Assembly: GCF_001570565.1 (NCBI RefSeq)
Contig: NZ_BBXE01000013.1
Coordinates: forward strand, 264,984 to 328,983
Length of the DNA stretch: 64,000 bases
From: Herbidospora yilanensis
Lineage (GTDB): Bacteria; Actinomycetota; Actinomycetes; Streptosporangiales; Streptosporangiaceae
Direction of reading: 5' to 3'
Every line of letters starts with the position of its first letter. Position 1 is the first letter of the stretch. Position numbers and translations under genes: made by a program. Below the pieces are notes generated by a model, which was not told the DNA's origin, searched no databases, and worked only from the letters and a program-made list of their open reading frames with translations. Below, piece after piece: positions 1 to 8,884 of the stretch.

Positions 1-1899
1 GTGCTCCAGGTGGACGGCGGCGTCCTCGTGGGCGAACTGGCCGGAGGCGTGCCGCGCGGCGGCGCGGGCGTAGGTGATGGCCTTGGCCGCCATCCCCGAG
101 ATGACCAGGCCCTCGCGGTAGTGGTAGGCCAGCTCGCCCGGCTGGGTGCCCCGGCCTTCGAGCACGGCCGCGACCCTGGCGTGCATCCGGCGGCGGCGCA
201 ATGGGGCCAGGCCGTCGCGCAGCACGTCGCGCACGATGTCGTGACTGAAGGTGTAACTCAGCGACCGCTCGGTCAGCAGCCGGGCCTGCACCGCGGCGTC
301 GAGCACGTCGAGCACCTGGTCCTGCGGCAGGTCGAGCACGTCGAGCAGCACGCCCAACTCGGTCTCCCGGCCGATCAGGGCGGCGGCGCTCAGCACGTCG
401 TGGGCGCCCAGCGGCAGCGCGGCCAGCCGCCCGCGCAGCACCTCGGCCATCGCGCCCGGAGTGTCGCCCAGGCCGAGGAAGAACGGGTTGCCGCCGGTCC
501 GCCGCAGCTCCACCCCGGCCCGCAGCGGGTCGCCGCCCGAGCGGGCCAGGTATTCGGCCACCGCCTCCTCGGGCAGCCCGCCCAGGGTCACGCCCTCGAC
601 GTGGGACAGGCGGCGCAGCGCCGCCAGCACGCGGGCCAGCGGCTCACCGACCTCGGTGTCCCGGTACGTCGCCAGCACGGTCAGCCCCGGGCACGACCGC
701 GTGGTGGCCAGGAAGTCGAGCAGGCGCAGCGAGGAGGGGTCGGCCCACTGGAGGTCGTCGAGCACGACCACCGTCGGACCGGCCGCGTTGACCAGGCGGG
801 CGACGGCCTCGTACATGGGGAACTCGCCGGTGGCGGCGGTGATCTCGGCGAGCTCGCCGTCGCGGCCGGTCAGTTCGCGCAGCGCCGTCACCCACGGCCA
901 GAACGGCGGCGCGCCTCCCCCGTCCCAGCACCGCCCCACGACCACCCGCGCGCCGGTCGCGCGATGGGCGGCGGCCTCCACCAGGCTGGTCTTGCCGATG
1001 CCGGGCTCCCCGGCGACCAGCACGACCCGGTGCCCCGGCGCCTCGACGGCGGCGGCCAGCCGGGCCAGTTCGGCCGCGCGGCCCAGGATCTCCGCCTCCG
1101 GGGGCGGGGCGGCCAGGCGTACCGGAGCCGACGGGGAGAGCGCGGCGTCCTGGGCGAGGATGCGCGCCTCCAGCTCGCGGGTGCGCGGCTCGGGGTCGAG
1201 ACCGAGCTCGTCGACGAGCATCCGCCGCCCCTCGGCGAGCAGGGCCAGCGCGTCGGCCTGGCGGCCCGCCTGGTAGAGGGCGTGCGCGGCGTGTCTCCTG
1301 ACACGTTCTCTCGTCGGATACGCCGCCACCAGCCGCACCAGCTCCGGCACCAGCTCGGAGCCCCGGCCGAGGGCGAGGTCGGCCTCGTTGGCCTCCTCGA
1401 CGACGGTGAGCCGCAGCTCGTCGAGCGCGACGCGTTCCTCGCGCGCCCAGGGGAGGTTCTCGAACCCGGTCAGCGCGTCGCCGCGCCACTCGCTCAGGGC
1501 CAGCCGGAACTCCCGGGCCGCTTTCCCGGCGTCGCCCGCCGCGAGCAGCCGCCGCCCCTCGTCGACCCGCCCGGCCACCCGGCGCAGGTCGACGTCGCCG
1601 TCGGGGATGTCGAGGGCGTAGCCGCCGGCCCGCCCGACCAGGACGGCCGCGGCCCCCCGGCGCGACCGGCCCGGTTCGAGCACCCGCCGCAACTTCGAGA
1701 TGTACGCCTGGACGGTGTTGACCGCGCTGGTCGGCGGCTCCTCGTCCCACAGGGCGTCGATGATGCGCGTCACGGTCACCGGACGGGGTGAGGCCAGCAG
1801 GCAGAGCGCCAGCACCGACCGCTGTTGGAGCGGTCCGATGTCAAGGGCGACGCCGTCCGCGCCGATCACCGCGATGGGCCCGAGCACCCGGAATTCCAT
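1..1899 (-). CDS. SARP/AfsR-family transcriptional regulator (winged-helix DNA-binding + BTAD + NB-ARC-type ATPase); C-terminus lies beyond the window edge
   Basis: Not in the ORF track because it runs off the left edge. Manual reverse translation from ATG at 1899 gives MEFRVLGPIAVIGADGVALDIGPLQQRSVLALCLLASPRPVTVTRIIDALWDEEPPTSAVNTVQAYISKLRRVLEP. A Walker A motif GEPGIGKTSL lies near 990-1020. The frame stays open to position 1. Confidence 0.8.
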   Translation of the reverse strand, partial: MEFRVLGPIAVIGADGVALDIGPLQQRSVLALCLLASPRPVTVTRIIDALWDEEPPTSAVNTVQAYISKLRRVLEPGRSRRGAAAVLVGRAGGYALDIPDGDVDLRRVAGRVDEGRRLLAAGDAGKAAREFRLALSEWRGDALTGFENLPWAREERVALDELRLTVVEEANEADLALGRGSELVPELVRLVAAYPTRERVRRHAAHALYQAGRQADALALLAEGRRMLVDELGLDPEPRTRELEARILAQDAALSPSAPVRLAAPPPEAEILGRAAELARLAAAVEAPGHRVVLVAGEPGIGKTSLVEAAAHRATGARVVVGRCWDGGGAPPFWPWVTALRELTGRDGELAEITAATGEFPMYEAVARLVNAAGPTVVVLDDLQWADPSSLRLLDFLATTRSCPGLTVLATYRDTEVGEPLARVLAALRRLSHVEGVTLGGLPEEAVAEYLARSGGDPLRAGVELRRTGGNPFFLGLGDTPGAMAEVLRGRLAALPLGAHDVLSAAALIGRETELGVLLDVLDLPQDQVLDVLDAAVQARLLTERSLSYTFSHDIVRDVLRDGLAPLRRRRMHARVAAVLEGRGTQPGELAYHYREGLVISGMAAKAITYARAAARHASGQFAHEDAAVHLEH

Positions 1900-1923
1900 T
1901 GGGGGATGCTACCGAAAAAAGGG

Positions 1924-3207
1924 TTAATGTCCGGCTCTGCGCAACAACCGGCGTGCCGGTCGAGGACCGGTGGTGCGCAACCAGATCTGGATGGCCGCGC
2001 CGCCCAGCGGCGACCGGTCGACCTTGAGGTGGCCGCCCGTCGACTCGGCCAGCCGGCGGGCGATGTCGAGCCCGAGACCGGTCGACCCCGCGCCGCTGTG
2101 GCCGCGCTTCAGCGCGCCCGCCGGATCGTCGATGCCGGGCCCCGCGTCGGCGATGAGGATGCCGACCATGCCGGACCCCTGGTGGAGGGTGACGGTGAAC
2201 GCGGTCCGTTCGGGGGTGTGCCGGAACACGTTGCCGAGGGTGGCGTCGATGACGGCGCTCAGATCGGCCGCCGCGACGGGGACCTTGGCGGGCTCCTCGG
2301 TGCCGTACAGATCCCACGGCCTGGCCTGGTCCTCGGCCAGCGCCGACCAGAAGGCGAGCCGCTCCTTCAGCACCGCGGCGGCGTCGCAGCCCTGCACCGG
2401 GCGGGAGGGCCGGCGTGCGGTCTCGATGATGGCGTCCACCTCGCGTTCGAGCCGGTCGACCTGCTCGGCGGCCGGGCCGTGGGTGCCGACGTGGAGGCGC
2501 AGGGCGGTGAGCGGGGTGCGCAGCCGGTGGGACAGGTCGGCCGCCAGTTCCCGCTCGGCCGCGAGCAGCCCGGCGACCTGGTCGGCCATGGTGTTGAAGG
2601 CCTGCCCGGCGGCGACCAGCTCGGGCGGCCCGGCGGGGGTGATGCGGACCGACAGGTCCCCGGCGCCGAGCGCGCCCGCGGCCTCGCCCAGGGACCGGGT
2701 CGCCTTCACCATCCGGGATCCGAGCCGGTCGGCCACCCCCACCGAGCCCGCGACCAGGGCGACGGCCACCCCGGTGAGGACCGCCCAGGAGGCGGCGACT
2801 CCCTCGCTGAGGGCGGCGTCGGGCACGTACACCTCGATGACCGCCCTTCTCCCCCGGTCGAGCGCGACCGGGCGGAGCACCGCGAACCCGCCCGCGACCT
2901 TGATGGTCTCGGCCCGCACGGTGGCGAGGTCGACGCCGCCGACCCGCGACACGCCGACCGAGGCCCCGTCGAGGTGGACGGCCAGCCGGCTCGCGCCCCC
3001 GGCGGCGGTGCTGGCCAGCGCCGGTTCGAGGCGGCCGGGATCGGTGGTGACGACGAGCGCCGGGACGATCATGCTGGCCTGTCGTTCGGCGTCGTTGAGC
3101 GCCCGGCTCTCGGCGGCCTGCTTGACGGCGGCGGCCAGCGGGATCAGGAACGCGAGCGCCACCATCGCCGTCACGGCCACGGCGACGAGCGCCAAGCTCC
3201 GGCGCAT
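1924..3207 (-). CDS. Sensor histidine kinase (HAMP + HisKA + HATPase_c)
   Basis: This is the in-frame part of track ORF 1924..4362, starting at MRRSLALVAVAVTAMVALAFL. It has an H-box LSHRLRTPLTAL and a G-box GSTGLGLDIARRL. Its ATG overlaps the upstream response-regulator stop (ATGA at 3205-3209). Confidence 0.85.
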   Translation of the reverse strand: MRRSLALVAVAVTAMVALAFLIPLAAAVKQAAESRALNDAERQASMIVPALVVTTDPGRLEPALASTAAGGASRLAVHLDGASVGVSRVGGVDLATVRAETIKVAGGFAVLRPVALDRGRRAVIEVYVPDAALSEGVAASWAVLTGVAVALVAGSVGVADRLGSRMVKATRSLGEAAGALGAGDLSVRITPAGPPELVAAGQAFNTMADQVAGLLAAERELAADLSHRLRTPLTALRLHVGTHGPAAEQVDRLEREVDAIIETARRPSRPVQGCDAAAVLKERLAFWSALAEDQARPWDLYGTEEPAKVPVAAADLSAVIDATLGNVFRHTPERTAFTVTLHQGSGMVGILIADAGPGIDDPAGALKRGHSGAGSTGLGLDIARRLAESTGGHLKVDRSPLGGAAIQIWLRTTGPRPARRLLRRAGH

Positions 3208-3887
3208 CAGACGCCGGGCGCGCTGAGCCGGACGCCGACCCCCCGCACCGTGTGGATGTACCGGGGACTCGACGCGCTCTCGCCGAGCTTGCGCCGCAAC
3301 CACGACAGGTGCACGTCGATCGTCTGGTCGTCGCCGTACGACTGCCGCCACACCTCGGTCAGCAGTTCCTTCCGCGAGACCACCCGGTCGGGCCGCGCCC
3401 CCAGATAGGCCAGCAGGTCGAACTCCCGGCGGGTCAGCTCCAGCGGTCTCCCGTCGAGCGCCGCCTCGCGCCGCGCCGGGTCGACGGTCAGCCCGCCGAT
3501 CCGGATCGGCGCCGTCGCCGGGGCGGTCCGCGCCCGCCGCAGCACCGCCTCGATGCGGGCGTTGAGATGGTCGCCGGAGAACGGCTTGACGAGATAGTCG
3601 TCGGCGCCGTCCCGCAGCAGCCGCACGATCTCGGCCTCGTCGTCGCGGGCCGTGGCGATGATGACCGGCACGTCGGAGATGGCCCGCAACATCTTCAGCG
3701 CCTCGGCCCCGTCGAGGTCGGGTAAGCCCAGGTCGAGCACGACCACGTCGGGCGGGAAGTGCGCGATGTCGCGCAGCGCGTCGAGAGCGCCGCCCGCGCT
3801 GCGCACGGCGTGGCTGCGGCCCCCCAGATCGCGGATGATCGCCGACCGGACGAACTCGTCGTCCTCCACCACCAGAACCGTCGCCAT
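3207..3887 (-). CDS. OmpR-family response regulator
   Basis: Begins MATVLVVEDDEFVRSAI and includes DVVVLDLGLPDLDG. The C-terminal winged helix reads LTRREFDLLAYL...IHTVRGVGVRL. I place the start at ATG 3887 inside track ORF 3207..4142. Confidence 0.9.
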   Translation of the reverse strand: MATVLVVEDDEFVRSAIIRDLGGRSHAVRSAGGALDALRDIAHFPPDVVVLDLGLPDLDGAEALKMLRAISDVPVIIATARDDEAEIVRLLRDGADDYLVKPFSGDHLNARIEAVLRRARTAPATAPIRIGGLTVDPARREAALDGRPLELTRREFDLLAYLGARPDRVVSRKELLTEVWRQSYGDDQTIDVHLSWLRRKLGESASSPRYIHTVRGVGVRLSAPGV

Positions 3888-3940
3888 GGCCCCACACGTT
3901 ACGACACGTTTCGATGGTCTTTCGGGGATAATGCCGCCAT

Positions 3941-4477
3941 ATGCGTGCGATCGGGTACACCGTGGCGTGGTGCGGGGCCACCGCCCTCGCCGTCGGAGTG
4001 GCCTGGTTCGGCGTGAGCGGCGTCCTGCGCACGGCTCTCGGCGACGGAGAGCCGCTGACCCCGCTGGTGGTCGCGGCCCCGAACCTGGTGTCGGGCGTCC
4101 AGCGCGAACCTCCCCCCGCACCGGACGAGAAGGCGGCGCCACCTCCCGCTCCGAGCACGACGCCCACCCCGGCCCCCCGGCCCAGGAAGAAGCCCACCGC
4201 GAGCAGCCGCCCGACGCCCACGCGGAAGAGCCCGGTCCCCTCTCCGGCCGCGGCGGAGAGACTGCACACCTTCACCCTCAAGGGCGGCCGGGCGACGGTG
4301 GCCGTCGGGGAGGGCGACTGCCGGATCGTGTCGGCCACCCCGGCGGAGGGCTGGGAGCTCAAGACGTGGACGGAGCCCTACTGGCTGCGCGTCACGTTCC
4401 TGAAGGACGGCCGGGAGTCGTCGGCCTTCTGCACGTGGAACACGTTGCCCCCGAGGCTCGACACCTACGAGACGTGA
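3941..4477 (+). CDS. Hypothetical membrane-anchored protein with a Pro/Thr-rich linker
   Basis: Track ORF. It has an N-terminal hydrophobic segment, a Pro-rich spacer and a C-terminal globular part, with genome-typical codon bias. I do not recognise a family. Confidence 0.5.
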   Translation: MRAIGYTVAWCGATALAVGVAWFGVSGVLRTALGDGEPLTPLVVAAPNLVSGVQREPPPAPDEKAAPPPAPSTTPTPAPRPRKKPTASSRPTPTRKSPVPSPAAAERLHTFTLKGGRATVAVGEGDCRIVSATPAEGWELKTWTEPYWLRVTFLKDGRESSAFCTWNTLPPRLDTYET

Positions 4478-4503
4478 AAGGGGGCGGCTCGGCCGCCCCC
4501 TTT
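4477..4503. terminator. Bidirectional stem-loop between convergent genes
   Basis: AAAGGGGGCGGC-tcg-GCCGCCCCCTTT is a perfect 12-bp stem. It sits directly after the 4477 stop and 12 nt before the 4515 stop of the opposite gene. Confidence 0.6.
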
Positions 4504-4514
4504 CGCCTGAATCG

Positions 4515-5180
4515 CTACTTGAGCGACTTCTGGTACTTCTGCAGTTCCTTCAGGTGCTTCCGGCCCGACTCGATGATCGCGTTGGCCATCTGGATCCCGG
4601 GCCCGAACTCGCCGCCGGCCGTCTCCTCCTCGGCCAGGGCCAGCGCCCCCTTCTGGTGCTCGATCATCAACGCCACGAAGCGCTCGTCGAAGGCGGCCCC
4701 GGCCGACCCGGCCAGGTCGGCCATGTCCTTGTCCGAGATGAGCCCCGGCATCGGCTTCCCGCGCTCAAGCGGCTCCACCGCCCACTCCGACAACCATGCC
4801 TTCAACGTCTGCACCTCGGGCTCGCGCGCCGCCCGGATCTCGGCGGCGAAGTCGCGCACCCACTGGTCGCCGGCGGCGGTCGCGGCCAGCCCGGTCAGGT
4901 CGTAGGCCTGGAGGTTGTGGGTGATCAACGTCGAGGCGAAGGTCTTGTCCGTCTCGTTGGGCGCGGCGTCGGCGACGACGGCCGGCTCCTCGGTGGGCGT
5001 CGGCTCCTCGGCCGCCTCGGTCGCCTGGGGCTCCTGCGACGCCGTCACGGTGGGGATGGCGTCGGGGGTGGTAGGGGCGGCCGGGGGCGGCGTGGCGGCG
5101 GTGCCGCTCCCGGAGGAGCACCCGGAGATCAGGGCCACGGCCGCGAGGGCGGGCAGGGCGATCCGGCGGAAGGTCGTCAT
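4515..5180 (-). CDS. DUF305-family lipoprotein (ferritin-like four-helix domain, often linked to copper stress)
   Basis: Start chosen at MTTFRRIALPALAAVALISGCSS, which carries the lipobox LISGC. The C-terminal half reads FASTLITHNLQA...FVALMIEHQKGALALA, typical of DUF305. Confidence 0.75.
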   Translation of the reverse strand: MTTFRRIALPALAAVALISGCSSGSGTAATPPPAAPTTPDAIPTVTASQEPQATEAAEEPTPTEEPAVVADAAPNETDKTFASTLITHNLQAYDLTGLAATAAGDQWVRDFAAEIRAAREPEVQTLKAWLSEWAVEPLERGKPMPGLISDKDMADLAGSAGAAFDERFVALMIEHQKGALALAEEETAGGEFGPGIQMANAIIESGRKHLKELQKYQKSLK

Positions 5181-5385
5181 GGGGCGAGACCCTACCGAAA
5201 CCCACATAAGGGAGTGTTCAGCTAAAGGGCGAAGGGCCACAGACCGCCTGAATCGTGCCACTCAGCGAACTCTCCTAACTCTTTCGGTCAAACCATGGTG
5301 CGCTTCCGGAGCACGTGTTCTAACCTGCGACCATGCGCAAGTGGCCCGAAAATCGATGAAAGGTTTCATCCACTCGAAACCTCTG

Positions 5386-5430
5386 TTGACACGCACGAAA
5401 CAGTGATACGTTCTTGGGAGCGCTCCCAAG
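5386..5430 (+). promoter_or_regulatory. Putative promoter (TTGACA / TACGTT) abutting an 18-bp perfect palindrome, CTTGGGAGCGCTCCCAAG
   Basis: TTGACA lies at 5386-5391 and TACGTT at 5407-5412, a spacer of only 15 nt, so the promoter call is weak. The perfect palindrome at 5413-5430 has the core TGGGAGCGCTCCCA and ends 37 nt before the LacI-family start. Confidence 0.55.
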
Positions 5431-5466
5431 CCGCCGCGTGACACAATTCGGGCCTGAGGAGACCGG

Positions 5467-6471
5467 ATGGCCGATCTTCCCACCCTCGCAGAGGTAGCCG
5501 CCGCTGCTGGCGTCTCCCCGGCAACCGCTTCCCGAGTCCTGACGGGCTCGGTCAGAGTGACAACAAGCACCAGGCGACAGGTCCACGACGCCATGTCGCG
5601 CCTGGGGTACGTCCGCCGGAGAGCCCCCCGGGGTTCCACCGCGCGCCGTACGGACCAGATCGTCGCCGCAGTGGTCTGCGAACAGACGCCTCGGTTGTTC
5701 ACCGAGCCGTACTACGCACGACTGTTGTCGGCCGCCGAAGAGGTCTTCGCCGGCCACGGGGTACCCCTCGTGGTCATGACGGCCACTCCGGCGACCGCCG
5801 CGATCGCCGCTCCGCCACTGGTGGCGGGGGCCGTCGACGGGGTGCTGCTGATCGGGGCGCGGGCCCGCCACCCGCTCGCCGTGACGCTCGCCGCCTCGGG
5901 GATCCCGGTCCGCAGTGCCGGGCGTCCACCGGACGGCGTGGACCTCCCCTACGTCGACATGGACAATCGCGACGGTGGCCGCCAGGCCGCCGAACACCTG
6001 CTGCTGGGCAACCGCAGGGTGATCGCCACGATCGCCGGGCCGCCGACTCTCCCGGCGGCCAGGGACCGGCTCGACGGGTTCCGGGAGACCCTCCGCGACG
6101 CGGGGGTCACCGACATGCCCGTCGCGTACGGCGACTTCACCCACGCCTCGGGCGCGCACGCCATGCAATGGCTGCTGCAACGCGCACCCAGGCTGGACGC
6201 GGTGTTCGCCGCGTCCGACGTGATGGCGGCCGGCGCGATCCAGGCGCTGCGGCGGGCCGGGCGCAAGGTGCCCGACGACGTCGCGGTGGTCGGGTTCGAC
6301 GACGCCCCCATCGCCCGGCACACCTCGCCGACGCTCACCACGGTCCGCCAGCCCGTAGAGGAACAGGCGGCCCTGGCCGCCCGGATGCTCCTCATGGCCC
6401 TCGCCGAAGGCGAGTCGCCCAAGGGGAACCCCGTCCTGCCCACGGAACTGATCGTCCGTGAATCGACCTGA
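5467..6471 (+). CDS. LacI-family transcriptional regulator (possibly CebR-like, judged from the operator)
   Basis: N-terminal HTH reads LAEVAAAAGVSPATASRVLTG, followed by a periplasmic-binding-protein-like sugar-binding fold (AVVGFDDAPIARHTSPTLTTVRQP). The RBS GAGGAG precedes the ATG. Confidence 0.9.
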   Translation: MADLPTLAEVAAAAGVSPATASRVLTGSVRVTTSTRRQVHDAMSRLGYVRRRAPRGSTARRTDQIVAAVVCEQTPRLFTEPYYARLLSAAEEVFAGHGVPLVVMTATPATAAIAAPPLVAGAVDGVLLIGARARHPLAVTLAASGIPVRSAGRPPDGVDLPYVDMDNRDGGRQAAEHLLLGNRRVIATIAGPPTLPAARDRLDGFRETLRDAGVTDMPVAYGDFTHASGAHAMQWLLQRAPRLDAVFAASDVMAAGAIQALRRAGRKVPDDVAVVGFDDAPIARHTSPTLTTVRQPVEEQAALAARMLLMALAEGESPKGNPVLPTELIVREST

Positions 6472-7897
6472 GCTGGCCGAAGGCGATGTCCTGACCCGTC
6501 GCTATCTGCTCCAGGAGCGGATAGCGACGGGCGGCATGTCGGTCATCTGGAAGGCGTTCGACCAGTCTCTCCAGCGGACCGTCGCCATCAAGCTGCTCGA
6601 CTCGTCCCTCGACGGCGACAACCCCGGCCGGGAACTCATCCGCCGGGAGGCCAGGGCGACGGCCCGGCTGATCCACCCCGACGCCATCGAGGTCTACGAC
6701 TACGGCGAGACCGTCACCCCCCGGGGACGCCTCGCCGCCTACGTCGTCATGCGCCTCCTGGAGGGCAGGTCCCTGGCCGACCGCCTGGCCGAGGGCCCGC
6801 TCCCCTGGGAGGAGGCCGCGGCCACGGCCGCCCGCCTGGCCCTGGTGCTCGCCGCCGCCCACGAACGCGGCATCGTGCACCGCGACGTGACGCCGGAGAA
6901 CGTCCTCCTCACCCCGGAGGGCGCCAAGCTGCTCGACTTCGGCATCGCCGCGTTCGCCGGCGAGGCCGACGACGAGCTGGTCAAGGACTTCGGCACGCCG
7001 CCATACGTGGCCCCGGAACGCCTCAGGGAGTTGCCCGCCGCCCCCGCGGTCGACGTCTACTCCCTGGGCGTCCTCCTGTACGAGATGCTCAAGGGCCGCC
7101 CGCCCTATCCCGAGACGACCTGGGAGGGCATCGAACAGGCCCGCCGCGACGGCCCGCCCCCGGGCCCCGACGGCGTGCCCGGCCTCCCTTCCGAGATCGC
7201 CGCCCTCTGCCGCCGCTGTCTGTCGCCCGACCCGACGGAACGCCCGAGCGCGCGTGAGGTCGCCGCCGCCCTGATGCCCGGAGAGGCCGAACGCGAGCCC
7301 GGCTGGGTCAAGTGGGGAGCCGCGGTGGCCGGGGTGCTGGCGCTCGGCGTCCTGCTCGTCCAGCAGCCGGGCACCCCGGCCGGCCTGGCCGCCGACATCA
7401 GCCTGAGCGTGACCCCCACCAGCCAGGCCACCGCCCGCACCCCCGCCGACCGCAGCGTCCCGGTGCTGGACCCGGCCCCCGAGGCGGCCGAACCCAGGGC
7501 CACCGACGCGGGCTCACCCCCGATCACGGAGGACGAGCCGGAGCCGCCGCCGAAGAGCCCGCCGCCCCGGCCGACCCCGCGTCCCGGGTCGACGCTGGGC
7601 CCCATCCCGCTGGCCAGCCCCGCCCCCGGCGTCCCGACCGTGAAGGAGGCGGCGGCGGAGTTCGACCGTCTGGTGGCCGAGGGCGGCAAGGCGGGCCACA
7701 TCATCGGCTACGCGGCCGACGACCTGCGGCTGGAACTGCGCAACATGATCGCCAACGACGACGCCGGCGCGATCGGGAACCTGCGGACGAAACTCGACGA
7801 CCGCCTGAGGGAGGAGGTCCTCACCCCGGCCTTCAAGACCCGCCTGGAAGGGGCCCTCGACCGTTTGGCGGCGGCCTTCGCCGCGAAGGGCGCCTGA
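6458..7897 (+). CDS. Membrane Ser/Thr protein kinase (Hanks type) with a Pro-rich extracellular region
   Basis: Motifs: ATGGMSVIWKA...VAIK, catalytic loop HRDVTPENVLL, DFG, and TPPYVAPE. A single TM segment (WGAAVAGVLALGVLLV) follows. The gene overlaps the LacI gene by 14 nt. Confidence 0.85.
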   Translation: MNRPELAEGDVLTRRYLLQERIATGGMSVIWKAFDQSLQRTVAIKLLDSSLDGDNPGRELIRREARATARLIHPDAIEVYDYGETVTPRGRLAAYVVMRLLEGRSLADRLAEGPLPWEEAAATAARLALVLAAAHERGIVHRDVTPENVLLTPEGAKLLDFGIAAFAGEADDELVKDFGTPPYVAPERLRELPAAPAVDVYSLGVLLYEMLKGRPPYPETTWEGIEQARRDGPPPGPDGVPGLPSEIAALCRRCLSPDPTERPSAREVAAALMPGEAEREPGWVKWGAAVAGVLALGVLLVQQPGTPAGLAADISLSVTPTSQATARTPADRSVPVLDPAPEAAEPRATDAGSPPITEDEPEPPPKSPPPRPTPRPGSTLGPIPLASPAPGVPTVKEAAAEFDRLVAEGGKAGHIIGYAADDLRLELRNMIANDDAGAIGNLRTKLDDRLREEVLTPAFKTRLEGALDRLAAAFAAKGA

Positions 7898-8194
7898 GCG
7901 ACGCCCCACAGAACAGTCCTCGGGCGTCTTCCACCTACGTTGCCGCGCTCTCAGAAAATGTCAGCCCCACCCGGGAGGCTCACTCCCCTGGGGCGGGCGG
8001 GCCGTTTCAATCGCCGGCCGCCCTTCATCCGGGCCGCGCTCCAAAAGCCCCCGCAAGCCCTCCGGAGTCCACTCCGTGGAACACCCGCTGGCGGACCTCG
8101 GTCCTGACCCGGCAGAGTAAAGCCAGATCGTGCGGGCCCCCGCACGTGTCCGCACGATCCGCGATTCCCTCCGCGCAAAACGCGCGATATCCCG

Positions 8195-8226
8195 TGGGAG
8201 CGCTCCCGTCAATGGGAGCGCTCCCA
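8195..8226. promoter_or_regulatory. Two tandem LacI/CebR-type palindromic boxes
   Basis: TGGGAGCGCTCCCG lies at 8195-8208 and TGGGAGCGCTCCCA at 8213-8226, 18 bp centre to centre. They sit 120-150 nt upstream of the mscL ATG. Confidence 0.55.
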
Positions 8227-8347
8227 GAATAAGCGTGTGTTTCATGCCCGTATCGCCTCGGTTGCCGGACCCACCCTTCACCTTCCCGCAAGCCTGCCGA
8301 ATCTTTCGTACGGATTCTGCGCCTTTCATTGGGTAGCCTGCGGGCCC

Positions 8348-8773
8348 ATGAGCGGATTCAAAAAATTCCTCCTCCGCGGCAACATCGTGGAGCTGGCGGT
8401 CGCCGTGGTCATCGGCGCCGCCTTCGGCGGTCTCGTCCAGGCCGTGGTCGCCGACTTCATCACTCCCCTGGTCAAGGCCATCACCGGCGGCGCCGAGCAG
8501 AGCTTCGGCGAGCTCAAGTTCACCGTCAACGGCAGCGACTTCGCCTACGGCCACTTCCTCAACACCCTGTTGAGCTTCGTGATCATCTCGGCGGTCGTCT
8601 ACTGGCTGGTGGTCACCCCCATGACCCGGCTGGTCGCCATGTTCGAGAAGGACAAGGTCGCCACAGAGAAGAAGTGCCCGGAATGTCTGAGCGACGTACC
8701 CGTCGAGGCCCGCAGGTGTGCCTTCTGCACGAGTGACCTGACCCCGGCGGCGGCCGAGCGGCCGGCCATGTAA
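8348..8773 (+). CDS. mscL: Large-conductance mechanosensitive channel MscL, with a C-terminal CxxC...CxxC extension
   Basis: MSGFKKFLLRGNIVELAVAVVIGAAFGGLV is the canonical MscL N-terminus. The start is set at ATG 8348 inside track ORF 8237..8773. The tail reads KKCPECLSDVPVEARRCAFCTS. Confidence 0.9.
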   Translation: MSGFKKFLLRGNIVELAVAVVIGAAFGGLVQAVVADFITPLVKAITGGAEQSFGELKFTVNGSDFAYGHFLNTLLSFVIISAVVYWLVVTPMTRLVAMFEKDKVATEKKCPECLSDVPVEARRCAFCTSDLTPAAAERPAM

Positions 8774-8884
8774 GAGTTCGGGCATAAGGCCGGCGTAAAA
8801 GTTGTAAGCGGCGTGAAAGGCCGCCGCAAGTGGGCTTCCCTAGTGTCCCGTCTCGTCAAAGACAACTAGGAAGGCACTCTCCCA

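Noticed and set aside
1-1791. 596-aa plus-strand ORF at the window start, plus the nested ORFs 461..1276 +, 644..1750 - and 888..1304 -
   Set aside because: Their composition is Gly/Arg/Pro/Ala-rich shadow-frame sequence. The opposite-strand frame from ATG 1899 encodes a clear SARP/NB-ARC regulator, which explains the open frames.
1924-4362. 812-aa minus-strand ORF spanning both the histidine kinase and the response regulator region
   Set aside because: Only the part downstream of MRRSLALV (3207) is kinase-like. The upstream extension is Arg/Pro/Gly-rich and overlaps the well-supported response regulator in another frame.
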